From a virus: a DNA stretch of 64,000 nucleotides. Under the pieces are notes generated by a model. It had not been told where the DNA came from, made no database searches, and was given only the letters and a program-made list of their open reading frames with translations. The position numbers were made by a program, and so were the translations under genes. The stretch is taken from IMG/VR virus record IMGVR_UViG_3300031654_000269, positions 2,446 through 66,445 of that record, one strand, 5' to 3'. Below are positions 35,956 to 44,247 of the stretch, piece by piece. Position 1 is the first letter of the stretch. Every line of letters starts with the position of its first letter.

Positions 35956-36599
35956 TGAAAATATTTTTTATTGCTGGAATACCAAGATCAGGAACATCAT
36001 TTGTTGCTGGGTTATTACATAAGCACGGAGTGTGGGTGGGGGAAACAATCCCTGCAGACAAGCATAATAAGACGGGATATTTTGAGAATATTCAGATCGT
36101 GGATATAGTAAAAACCTTGATGAAAGAAAACGGTATGAGAGCACGTTCGGATGAATTCGTTTCCAACTCATTACATACAGAACCAACTTTACGTGAGATG
36201 GTTTTAAATATTGTAGGGGATCAGGACGTATGGCTATACAAAGATTCTAAACTATTATTTTTGTATCCATTGTTTGCCTTAGCTTTCCCGGAGGCAACAT
36301 GGATTATACCTATCAGAAAGTCAGAGAGGATTCAGGAAAGTTTATATCGACATTCTACTTGGAGAAATCGTGTTAAAAGTATTCAAGATCCAAATAATTA
36401 CTTTTTAGGTATGATTAATCGGTTAAAAGTTAGACAAGATGAAATAATATTTAATCCAGATATAAAGGATCATATTGTTTATACCGATTTCATTATTGAT
36501 TCTATTGATAACGCTAAAGTATTTATTGAGGATTGTGGATTAATTTTTAATCCTGAAGTATATCAAGAATTTGTACGACCAGAATTGTGGCATGGATAA
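35955..36599 (+). CDS. Sulfotransferase-family protein
   Basis: PAPS-binding GIPRSGTS, GYFEN, KD. Confidence 0.8.
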   Translation: MKIFFIAGIPRSGTSFVAGLLHKHGVWVGETIPADKHNKTGYFENIQIVDIVKTLMKENGMRARSDEFVSNSLHTEPTLREMVLNIVGDQDVWLYKDSKLLFLYPLFALAFPEATWIIPIRKSERIQESLYRHSTWRNRVKSIQDPNNYFLGMINRLKVRQDEIIFNPDIKDHIVYTDFIIDSIDNAKVFIEDCGLIFNPEVYQEFVRPELWHG

Positions 36600-37353
36600 A
36601 AAAGAAGACATATCAATTGCATGTTGTTTGTGGGGGGATTGGCCTAAACATGCTGAAGCTGGAATGAGCGGAGTAGAGTATGTTAATCGATTATATCGAG
36701 CAGTAGAGAGGAATACTACTTTACCACACCAATTCTTCTGCTTTACAGATTCCAAGCAATTAGATCAATTTGATGATGGGATTATACTAAATACAATTGA
36801 ACTCCCATCTAGGATGCGTGAAATTGCTAAACTCTATGTATATAAACCTGGTATTGGATTGACAGGGAGAATTATTGTGATGGATTTGGATACTATAATA
36901 TTAAAAAACATTGATGAATTTCTAGTCAGGAAAGAGGAATTTATTGTTAGAAAAGCATTTAATCCTCGATTCATAAAAGCGTTTGATGGTATCGGAGGGG
37001 ATTTGATTAGTTTTGATGAAGGGTTTGGAGAATTCATATGGGATACTTTAAAGAATCAGACAAGTTGGATGAATCAAATGACCGGAGGTGATGAGAGAAA
37101 AGCATATAAATTATTATTGAAAGACAGGGGACACAAGATTACATTTTGGCAGGATATCCTTCCAGGTAGGTATATTTCTTTTAAGAATCATCTTAAACCA
37201 ATTTATCGTAGTACTTATTTCAATGAGAATTGTAAAAGAAGGGAAATTAAAAAAGCTTTGAAGAATGTTTCATTGATATCTTTTCATGGTCAGCCGAGAC
37301 CCCATGAATTATTAGTTAAATCTGTTGATTGTGTAAAAGAAAATTGGAAATGA
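36592..37353 (+). CDS. GT-A fold glycosyltransferase (GT8-like)
   Basis: EYVNRLY, FCFTD, MDLD (DxD), FHGQPRPH; start at 36592. Confidence 0.8.
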   Translation: MDKKEDISIACCLWGDWPKHAEAGMSGVEYVNRLYRAVERNTTLPHQFFCFTDSKQLDQFDDGIILNTIELPSRMREIAKLYVYKPGIGLTGRIIVMDLDTIILKNIDEFLVRKEEFIVRKAFNPRFIKAFDGIGGDLISFDEGFGEFIWDTLKNQTSWMNQMTGGDERKAYKLLLKDRGHKITFWQDILPGRYISFKNHLKPIYRSTYFNENCKRREIKKALKNVSLISFHGQPRPHELLVKSVDCVKENWK

Positions 37354-37691
37354 ATAGAGAAATTAAGATTTGGGGAGAACGTTGGTTGATCCGTCAGGAT
37401 TCAACACATGTAGTATCTTTCTTAAAAGTGAAGGAAGGATTTCGATGTAGTTGGCACTCTCATAAAGAAAAATATAATCTGTTTGTAGTATTGGAAGGTG
37501 CTTTAAAGATCGTAGTTGAAGAGATGGGAGAAAAAAGGGAAACAATATTACAATCTGGAGAATGTTTAACTATCAAGCCTGGTCAGTGGCATGAATTTCA
37601 AGGAATAAAATATTCAGAAGTGATTGAAGAAATGTATGTTGAATATAAAGAATCTGATATTAAACGTCAAAATGAAGGAGGTAAAGTATGA
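37350..37691 (+). CDS. Cupin-domain protein (sugar isomerase-like)
   Basis: KIWG, CSWHSH, IKPGQWHEF. Confidence 0.8.
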   Translation: MNREIKIWGERWLIRQDSTHVVSFLKVKEGFRCSWHSHKEKYNLFVVLEGALKIVVEEMGEKRETILQSGECLTIKPGQWHEFQGIKYSEVIEEMYVEYKESDIKRQNEGGKV

Positions 37692-38395
37692 GACCACCTA
37701 TTTTAATAACAGGTGCGGCACGTAGTGGTACAAGTATGGTGGCAGGTGTGATCAATATCTGTGGAGCATTTGGAGGTAATATGTCCCCACCGAATAAAAA
37801 CAATCAGAAAGGAATGTTCGAAAATATTCATATTCGGAATAGTCTAGTCAAACCTTATTTACGAGAGATCGGAGTGGATCCAATGGGACAATATCCATTA
37901 CCTAATATAAAGAAATTAGAAATTCCTACATGGTGGAAAAAGCGAGTTGAAACTATTATGATTTCTGAAGGGTATACTGATGGTCAATGGATGTATAAGG
38001 GAGCTAAGAGTTGTTTGATTTGGCCAATATGGAATTATGCTTTTCCAAATGCTAAATGGATTATTGTTCGCAGACGAACGGGTGATATAGTAAACTCCTG
38101 TCTTAAAACAGCATTCATGCGAGCTTTTCATTCCCCTGATGTTCAGGACTCTGTAAAAGTTTATACTGAAACGGAAGGCTGGATATGGTGGGTACGGCAG
38201 CACGAGAAACGTTTTGTGGAAATGATTCAGGAAGGATTGAATTGTAAAATAGTTTGGCCTGAGAGATTGATACACGGAGATTATAATCAATTGTTTGAAA
38301 CGCTTGAGTGGGTTGGATTAGATTATAAATCACATACTGAGGAAATTTACCAGTTCATTGAACCGAAATTATGGAAAGCAAGAAAAAGTATATAA
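37688..38395 (+). CDS. Sulfotransferase-family protein (second paralogue)
   Basis: ITGAARSGTS, GMFEN, AFPNAKWIIVRR. Confidence 0.8.
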   Translation: MRPPILITGAARSGTSMVAGVINICGAFGGNMSPPNKNNQKGMFENIHIRNSLVKPYLREIGVDPMGQYPLPNIKKLEIPTWWKKRVETIMISEGYTDGQWMYKGAKSCLIWPIWNYAFPNAKWIIVRRRTGDIVNSCLKTAFMRAFHSPDVQDSVKVYTETEGWIWWVRQHEKRFVEMIQEGLNCKIVWPERLIHGDYNQLFETLEWVGLDYKSHTEEIYQFIEPKLWKARKSI

Positions 38396-38411
38396 TTAAA
38401 AAATTAAGACA

Positions 38412-38786
38412 ATGTCAATAAGAACAACAGCAACAGAGGTTAAACAAATATTAGACAATAGTTCATTAGATGATGCTATTGTAGATGCTTATATAACAGC
38501 AGCAAGTGCTTTGGTGGATTCTGCTTTAGGAAGTAGTTCACTCGGGGATACTTTACTTGAAGAGATTGAGCGTTGGTTAACTGCTCACATGATTGCTTCA
38601 ACACAGGAACGTATAGCACTGAAAGAAGCTGCCGGAGGAGCTTCAATAACATATACCGGTCAGTATGGACAAAAGTTATCATCAACTCCATACGGACAGA
38701 TGGTATTGGTACTTGATACAACAAATACTATGGCATCACTCGGTGGTAAATCCGCTTCGATTGTGGCAATAACAAGTTTTGAATAA
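38412..38786 (+). CDS. Head-tail connector (adaptor)
   Basis: Position; STPYGQ motif. Confidence 0.7.
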   Translation: MSIRTTATEVKQILDNSSLDDAIVDAYITAASALVDSALGSSSLGDTLLEEIERWLTAHMIASTQERIALKEAAGGASITYTGQYGQKLSSTPYGQMVLVLDTTNTMASLGGKSASIVAITSFE

Positions 38787-39163
38787 TGGCAATTGATAAA
38801 TTTGTAAAACGAGTTTGCGTACAGACTGCAGTTTACTGGGGTAGTCCTACTCCTGACGGATATGGTGGATTGACATTTGATGATCCAGTTGAAATTGCTT
38901 GTAGATGGGAGGACAAAACAGAATTGAACAGAGAGGATATTGCTCGTAATTTTACTTGTAAATCGGAGGTGTTAGTTACTCAGGATTTGGATGTCAACGG
39001 ATGGTTATATCTAGGGGAATTGACAGATTTAGATAGCAATCCGGATAATCCAAAAGAAGTGGAAGGAGCTTATGTGATAGGAAGATTTGATAAAATTCCT
39101 ATGATAAAATCAACTACTATATTTGTACGAAAAGCATTCATAGGATGGCAAAGGCAAGGATAA
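38786..39163 (+). CDS. Head closure protein
   Basis: DGYGG..F..PVEI.CRWE; position. Confidence 0.65.
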   Translation: MAIDKFVKRVCVQTAVYWGSPTPDGYGGLTFDDPVEIACRWEDKTELNREDIARNFTCKSEVLVTQDLDVNGWLYLGELTDLDSNPDNPKEVEGAYVIGRFDKIPMIKSTTIFVRKAFIGWQRQG

Positions 39164-39624
39164 TAGGATTTGATAAAGTGAAAGCAAATCTTGACCGAGA
39201 GATACGAGCTATTAAAGGCCGTACACTTGCAGGGTTGATTGAAGCTTCAATTATTGTAAGGAGAAGTATGAGCAAAACATCTCCCACTGTACCAATTGAT
39301 ACTCGTAACCTGGATCACAGTTGGTTTGTGGTTACTTCAAAAGGTACGGCTGCTGGAAATTCAGCTAGGTTTGAAGGGAAAAATGCCGGGAAGATGCAAG
39401 CAGATCATAATAGTGTAGTCACAGAGCAGAAGTCAGTTGTATCAAGTAAAAAGAATCCGTATTTAATAATGGGATTCTCTGCAAATTATGCTGCATTCGT
39501 ACATGAGATGGAAGGAGTTGATTGGTCAAAGCAAGGATCAGGAGGGAAGTTTTTTGAGAGTGCTTTAATGAGAAATACACCATTAATCTTACAAACTATT
39601 GGTAACAAAGCTAGAATAAAATGA
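39145..39624 (+). CDS. HK97 gp10-like neck/tail protein
   Basis: VPIDTRNL, ANYAAFVHE, KFFE. Confidence 0.75.
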   Translation: MAKARIIGFDKVKANLDREIRAIKGRTLAGLIEASIIVRRSMSKTSPTVPIDTRNLDHSWFVVTSKGTAAGNSARFEGKNAGKMQADHNSVVTEQKSVVSSKKNPYLIMGFSANYAAFVHEMEGVDWSKQGSGGKFFESALMRNTPLILQTIGNKARIK

Positions 39625-40013
39625 ATTCAGCGAGCGAAGATATAAAAGACATGTTGGTTGATAACAGTTCATTGGGACTGGTTTTCGGTACTGATTTATT
39701 CATCGGAAAGATACCGACAACACCAGCCAATTGTATAACTATTAGAGATACTTCCGGAGGTATTCCGGATATATCATTGGATAGTAGTTCGTTTTATAAT
39801 CCAACAGTACAGATTATTGTGAGAAATACAGATTATACTGTTGGGTATACTTTAATTGAGAATATACGAGAATCATTACATGGCCGGGCACAGGAGACAT
39901 GGAATGGTACTTTATATTCGGTTATTACAGCCCAAAGTGATATTGGTTCTCTTGGTTGGGATGATAATGACCGAGCGTTGTTTAGTATTAATTTTAATAT
40001 GAAAAGGAGGTAA
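39621..40013 (+). CDS. Tail terminator protein
   Basis: PTVQIIVR, LGWDDNDR..FSINF; precedes the tail tube gene. Confidence 0.7.
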   Translation: MNSASEDIKDMLVDNSSLGLVFGTDLFIGKIPTTPANCITIRDTSGGIPDISLDSSSFYNPTVQIIVRNTDYTVGYTLIENIRESLHGRAQETWNGTLYSVITAQSDIGSLGWDDNDRALFSINFNMKRR

Positions 40014-40016
40014 ATA

Positions 40017-40457
40017 ATGAGTGATGCTATTAGTGGAATTGGAACAACCTTTAGTAGATGGGATTCCTCATCGGCCGTAGCTGATTGGGTAGCATTGGCT
40101 GAGGTGAATTCTATATCAGGGCCAAGTATGTCCCGTGAGACTATTGATGTCACAAGCCTCGATTCTACAGGTGGTTATCGTGAGATAAAAGCAGCATTGA
40201 AAGATGGTGGAGATGTATCATTGTCTATGAATTTTACTCGGGCAAATTATGCTCTGATGAAAACAGACTTTGAATCAAATACATTACAGAACTATCAAAT
40301 CTCATTGCCAGACGACGATAATACTTGTATTGAATTTACGGCTTTAGTGATGGAACTGCCTTTGAATATCACTGTTGAAGACAAGGTGACTATGGATGTG
40401 ACTATACATGTAAGTGGACAACCAAGTCTGTCGAGTGGTGGTAGCTCTAGCGTTTAA
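40017..40457 (+). CDS. Major tail tube protein
   Basis: ETIDVTSLDS.GGYRE..ALKDGG, VSGQP. Confidence 0.85.
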   Translation: MSDAISGIGTTFSRWDSSSAVADWVALAEVNSISGPSMSRETIDVTSLDSTGGYREIKAALKDGGDVSLSMNFTRANYALMKTDFESNTLQNYQISLPDDDNTCIEFTALVMELPLNITVEDKVTMDVTIHVSGQPSLSSGGSSSV

Positions 40458-40465
40458 AATTTAAC

Positions 40466-40489
40466 GATCCTAATCATGGATCATTTTTA
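40466..40489 (+). promoter_or_regulatory. Conserved-loop hairpin after the major tail gene
   Basis: GATCC-TAATCAT-GGATC-ATTTTTA; twin at 33710. Confidence 0.6.
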
Positions 40490-40523
40490 GTTTTTATTTA
40501 TTAATCAAATAAATTACAGAATA

Positions 40524-40946
40524 ATGGGATTTTTAGGAAAAGCAGCTTTACTGAAGAAGGATATCCTCAAGGTAAAGAGAGTCGATTTAGGAAATGATGA
40601 TTTTGTCTTTGTAAGACAAATGACTGGACGTGAACGTGACAATTGGGAACAGTCTCTTATGAAAGAGGTGAAGGATTCAAAAGGTAAGAGAGATTACCAA
40701 ACTAATTTAAGTGACTTCAGAGCAAAATTAGCGGTCAATACACTTTGTGATGAACAAGGGAATTTGGTTCTTACAATGGTTGATTTCGAGAAGTTGTCGA
40801 TGAATATGAGTTATACAAAACTTGAAGCCATTGTGAGTGCTGCTCAGGAATTAAATAAAATAACTGAAGAGGATAAGGAGGCATTAACAAAAAACTCCTC
40901 AGGCGACCAGGTCGCCAATTCTACTTCAGACTCTGTAAAGAGTTAG
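40524..40946 (+). CDS. Tail assembly chaperone (gpG-like)
   Basis: VFVRQMTGRERD; lies between tail tube and tape measure genes. Confidence 0.82.
   Translation: MGFLGKAALLKKDILKVKRVDLGNDDFVFVRQMTGRERDNWEQSLMKEVKDSKGKRDYQTNLSDFRAKLAVNTLCDEQGNLVLTMVDFEKLSMNMSYTKLEAIVSAAQELNKITEEDKEALTKNSSGDQVANSTSDSVKS
40889..40916 (+). other. Programmed -1 frameshift site
   Basis: In-frame A AAA AAC at 40889-40895 followed by hairpin GGCGAC-CAG-GTCGCC; the -1 frame is open into 40970-41308. Confidence 0.85.
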
Positions 40947-41308
40947 GTTTTCCACATCCTGATTATTTATTGGAGTGGTTAACTTCAGAACAAATATCAG
41001 AATGGGAAGCTTTTAATAACATTGAACCAATAGGAGATTTTAGATATGACTATCATGCAGCTGCAATACAATCCACCATAGTAAATATTGGGAATTGTGT
41101 TGTTCCAAGGAAACGAGGATCACCTGCTCCAAAGATGACTGCTCCAACTGATTATATGCCAGAGTGGTATCAAGACGAGGATAACAGGAAAGATATCGAA
41201 CCAAAGAAACAATCCATATCACAAATGAAAGAAATTTTGTTGGGTTGGGTTGGGAACAAGAAAGGTAGAAAAAAGAAACCGATTATAAATAAAAAGAAAA
41301 ATAAATGA
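40895..41308 (+). CDS. Tail assembly chaperone frameshift extension (gpGT-like)
   Basis: -1 frame reads LLRRPGRQFYFRLCKELGFPHPDYLLEWLTSEQISEWEAF... Confidence 0.8.
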   Translation, partial: LLRRPGRQFYFRLCKELGFPHPDYLLEWLTSEQISEWEAFNNIEPIGDFRYDYHAAAIQSTIVNIGNCVVPRKRGSPAPKMTAPTDYMPEWYQDEDNRKDIEPKKQSISQMKEILLGWVGNKKGRKKKPIINKKKNK

Positions 41309-44244
41309 ACATAGGTCATCTAATAGCATCCCTGGGAGTTGATACCGCTGGTATGGTTCGGGCTCGTCGTGAGATGGATCAAATGGAGCGACATTTTCAA
41401 TCCAAGGTCAGTATGATGAACGCTCGAATGGCTACGATTGGTAAAACCGCTCAGATGGTAGGTAAGAAAATGACGATGTATTTGACTTTACCAATGGTTT
41501 TAATCGGAGGTCTTGCTTTCAAATTGTATAAAGATTTTGATGCCTCCATGACAAAAATTGTCAGCCTTGTTGGTGTTGCTCAGGGACAGGTAGATTCTTG
41601 GCGTAGAAGTTTGATGAAGATGGGCCCAGAATTAGGAAAGTCACCTCAGGAATTAGCTGACGCTATGTTCTTTATTACTTCAGCAGGTTTACGTGGAGCT
41701 GATGCGTTAGATGCATTGGAAAAATCTGCAAAAGCTTCTGCGGCAGGACTGGGTGAAACGAAGATCGTGGCTGATCTTGTTACATCGGCAATGAATGCTT
41801 ATGGAAAAGAGGTTTTAACTGCTGGAAATGCTACGGATATATTAGTTGCTACTGTCCGGGAAGGTAAAGCGGAGGCAGAAGCATTGGCATCCAGTATGGG
41901 AATGGTATTACCAATTGCATCTGCTATGGGAGTTTCATTTGATCAAGTAGGAGCTGCTGTAGCATCCATGACTCGTACAGGTACTAGTGCTCAAACGGCT
42001 TCGATGCAATTACGACAAATCTTAGCATCATTACTGAAGCCTACAAATGAAGCTGATGAGGCTTTAGCTGCGATGAGTACCTCAAGTCGAGAACTTCGGA
42101 AATCATTACGTGAAGATGGATTAATTACAGTATTAACTAAATTGAATGATCTTCAAAAAGAATACGGAGATCAAACCCTCGCTAAAATATTCCCAAATAT
42201 TCGAGCCCTCTCTGGAGTTTTAGATGTCATGGGTTCAAATGCAGCTGAGAATGTAGAAATATTTAACGCTCTTTCAGATGCTACCGGAGCTGCGGACTAT
42301 GCATTTCAAAAAGTATCTCAGACTGCTGAATTCAAATGGAATAAAGCTATTGCTTCGGGTAAAGCTGCTTTGACAGAATTTGGTTCAATTCTATCAGAGA
42401 CACTATTACCAATACTTGAAGGATTATCTGAAAAGTTACAAAATTTAACGAAGTGGTTTAGTAGTTTAAATGATGCTCAAAGGAAAATGATTATTGTGAT
42501 AGGAGGAATTGTTGCGGTGGCTGGCCCAATGCTAAGTATCTTTGGAATGTTTGCTAGTTATATATTCCCTCTATTAACAAAATCTGCTTTGATGGCCGTT
42601 AAAGCATTTAGTGCTTTGAAATTAGCAATGATGGCAAATCCTATTACAGCAATTGTTGTAGGAGTCACGGCTTTGGCTGCTGCATACTTGTTATTAAGAA
42701 ATAGAGCTAATGAAGTTTCTGCGGCTCAACAAGCATTAAATGATGTCAATGAAGAGGCTACGAGAAGTATTGCCCGTCAGAAGTCACAGGTTGATCAATT
42801 GTTCCGGATTGCTCAAAGTGAAGCAGCTACACTTGAACAACGTAAAGGAGCTATTCAGGAATTGAATCAGATTAGTCCTGAGTATCTTGGAAATCTTACA
42901 ACAGAAAACATTCTTACAGAGGAAGGAACTAAACTCAAAACAGCATATATTAATGAATTGTTACGGGAAGCAAAAGTTATGGCTGCGAGGGAGAAACTTC
43001 AGGAGTTGGAATTACAGCGAATGAATGATATTATTTTGGGAGAAGCAAGAAAGATAAAAGCATCACAAGCATTCACTGCTGCTATTTTAGTTAATCTTGG
43101 TTTGCAAAATCAAGCATATAATTACGCTGGGAATGCCGCTGAAGAAAATATGAAAAAAACAGAACAAGGAATTAATCAAGCCCAATCCGCTCTTGAAGAA
43201 TATTTAGATACTTTGATGAAACCTTCTGATTTTATATCTCCTGTAATAGACGGTGGAGGTGGTGGTGGTGGCGGTGGTGGTGGCGGTGGTGGTGGAGCAG
43301 TAGGTGTTAGTGATGATGTGTTGAAATCATTAGATAATCTGGCGAATAAAGAAAAGCAAATTGCAATAATGAATCAAATATTGGGAGATTCTTATGACGA
43401 AAGTGCACAAAGTGTAAGTCTATATACTAGTGCTATTCAAGATTTGATTAGTAAAGGTCTTGAACCTGGAGATCGTCAATTAAGTGAAGTCATTGCAAAA
43501 TTAGAGCTTGCTCAAATTGCCGTTGAGAACGAAACTGCTGCTCAACAGCTAGCTACAGTTCAGGAAAATTTATTGGCCGATGCTGGTAAACATCTTATTG
43601 ATGTTAATAACGCTTTGATTGATAGTTTTGAAAATGCAAAAACATCTATACGAGGAGCTGAGGATTCTTTAGGATCATACAAGAAAACATTCAAAAAATT
43701 AGCTGAAGATATAGTTCTCTCTGATGATGAGAAACGACAACAATTGATAGCTAATATTGATCAAATAGCTTGGGCAACTTCAAGTATGCTTAATAATGTA
43801 GCAGGTATGTGGGAGGCTTCAAAACAAAGAGAGATAGATGCTGCTGAAGGGAATCAAAAGAAGATTGAAGCTATTAATGAAAAATACGCAAAGAAACAAA
43901 AAGCAGTAGCAATTGCAATGGCTATTATCAACACTGCTGTTGGAGTTACAAAAGCTTTGGATCAGGGAGGGATAGTTGGAATTATAACGGGAGCACTTGT
44001 TGCTGCGGCAGGAGCTATTCAAATAGCTACAATTACTGGAACGAAGTTAGCTCATGGAGGAACTATCCCACCAGGATATCCAAATGATTCATACCCAGCT
44101 TTATTAACGAGTGGTGAAACTGTTCAACCACCTATTCCATTAAATAGAGGAGGAAGTGGAAATCAACAACTTATAGCTCGTGTGAGTGGACAAGATTTAT
44201 TATTTATATTGGAAGAAGCAGGAAATTCAAATCGTAATTTTTAA
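41305..44244 (+). CDS. Tail tape measure protein (TP901-like core)
   Basis: 979 aa Ala-rich helical protein with TM-like segments, a poly-Gly linker and a LAHGG C-terminal motif. Confidence 0.92.
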   Translation: MNIGHLIASLGVDTAGMVRARREMDQMERHFQSKVSMMNARMATIGKTAQMVGKKMTMYLTLPMVLIGGLAFKLYKDFDASMTKIVSLVGVAQGQVDSWRRSLMKMGPELGKSPQELADAMFFITSAGLRGADALDALEKSAKASAAGLGETKIVADLVTSAMNAYGKEVLTAGNATDILVATVREGKAEAEALASSMGMVLPIASAMGVSFDQVGAAVASMTRTGTSAQTASMQLRQILASLLKPTNEADEALAAMSTSSRELRKSLREDGLITVLTKLNDLQKEYGDQTLAKIFPNIRALSGVLDVMGSNAAENVEIFNALSDATGAADYAFQKVSQTAEFKWNKAIASGKAALTEFGSILSETLLPILEGLSEKLQNLTKWFSSLNDAQRKMIIVIGGIVAVAGPMLSIFGMFASYIFPLLTKSALMAVKAFSALKLAMMANPITAIVVGVTALAAAYLLLRNRANEVSAAQQALNDVNEEATRSIARQKSQVDQLFRIAQSEAATLEQRKGAIQELNQISPEYLGNLTTENILTEEGTKLKTAYINELLREAKVMAAREKLQELELQRMNDIILGEARKIKASQAFTAAILVNLGLQNQAYNYAGNAAEENMKKTEQGINQAQSALEEYLDTLMKPSDFISPVIDGGGGGGGGGGGGGGGAVGVSDDVLKSLDNLANKEKQIAIMNQILGDSYDESAQSVSLYTSAIQDLISKGLEPGDRQLSEVIAKLELAQIAVENETAAQQLATVQENLLADAGKHLIDVNNALIDSFENAKTSIRGAEDSLGSYKKTFKKLAEDIVLSDDEKRQQLIANIDQIAWATSSMLNNVAGMWEASKQREIDAAEGNQKKIEAINEKYAKKQKAVAIAMAIINTAVGVTKALDQGGIVGIITGALVAAAGAIQIATITGTKLAHGGTIPPGYPNDSYPALLTSGETVQPPIPLNRGGSGNQQLIARVSGQDLLFILEEAGNSNRNF

Positions 44245-44247
44245 GAA

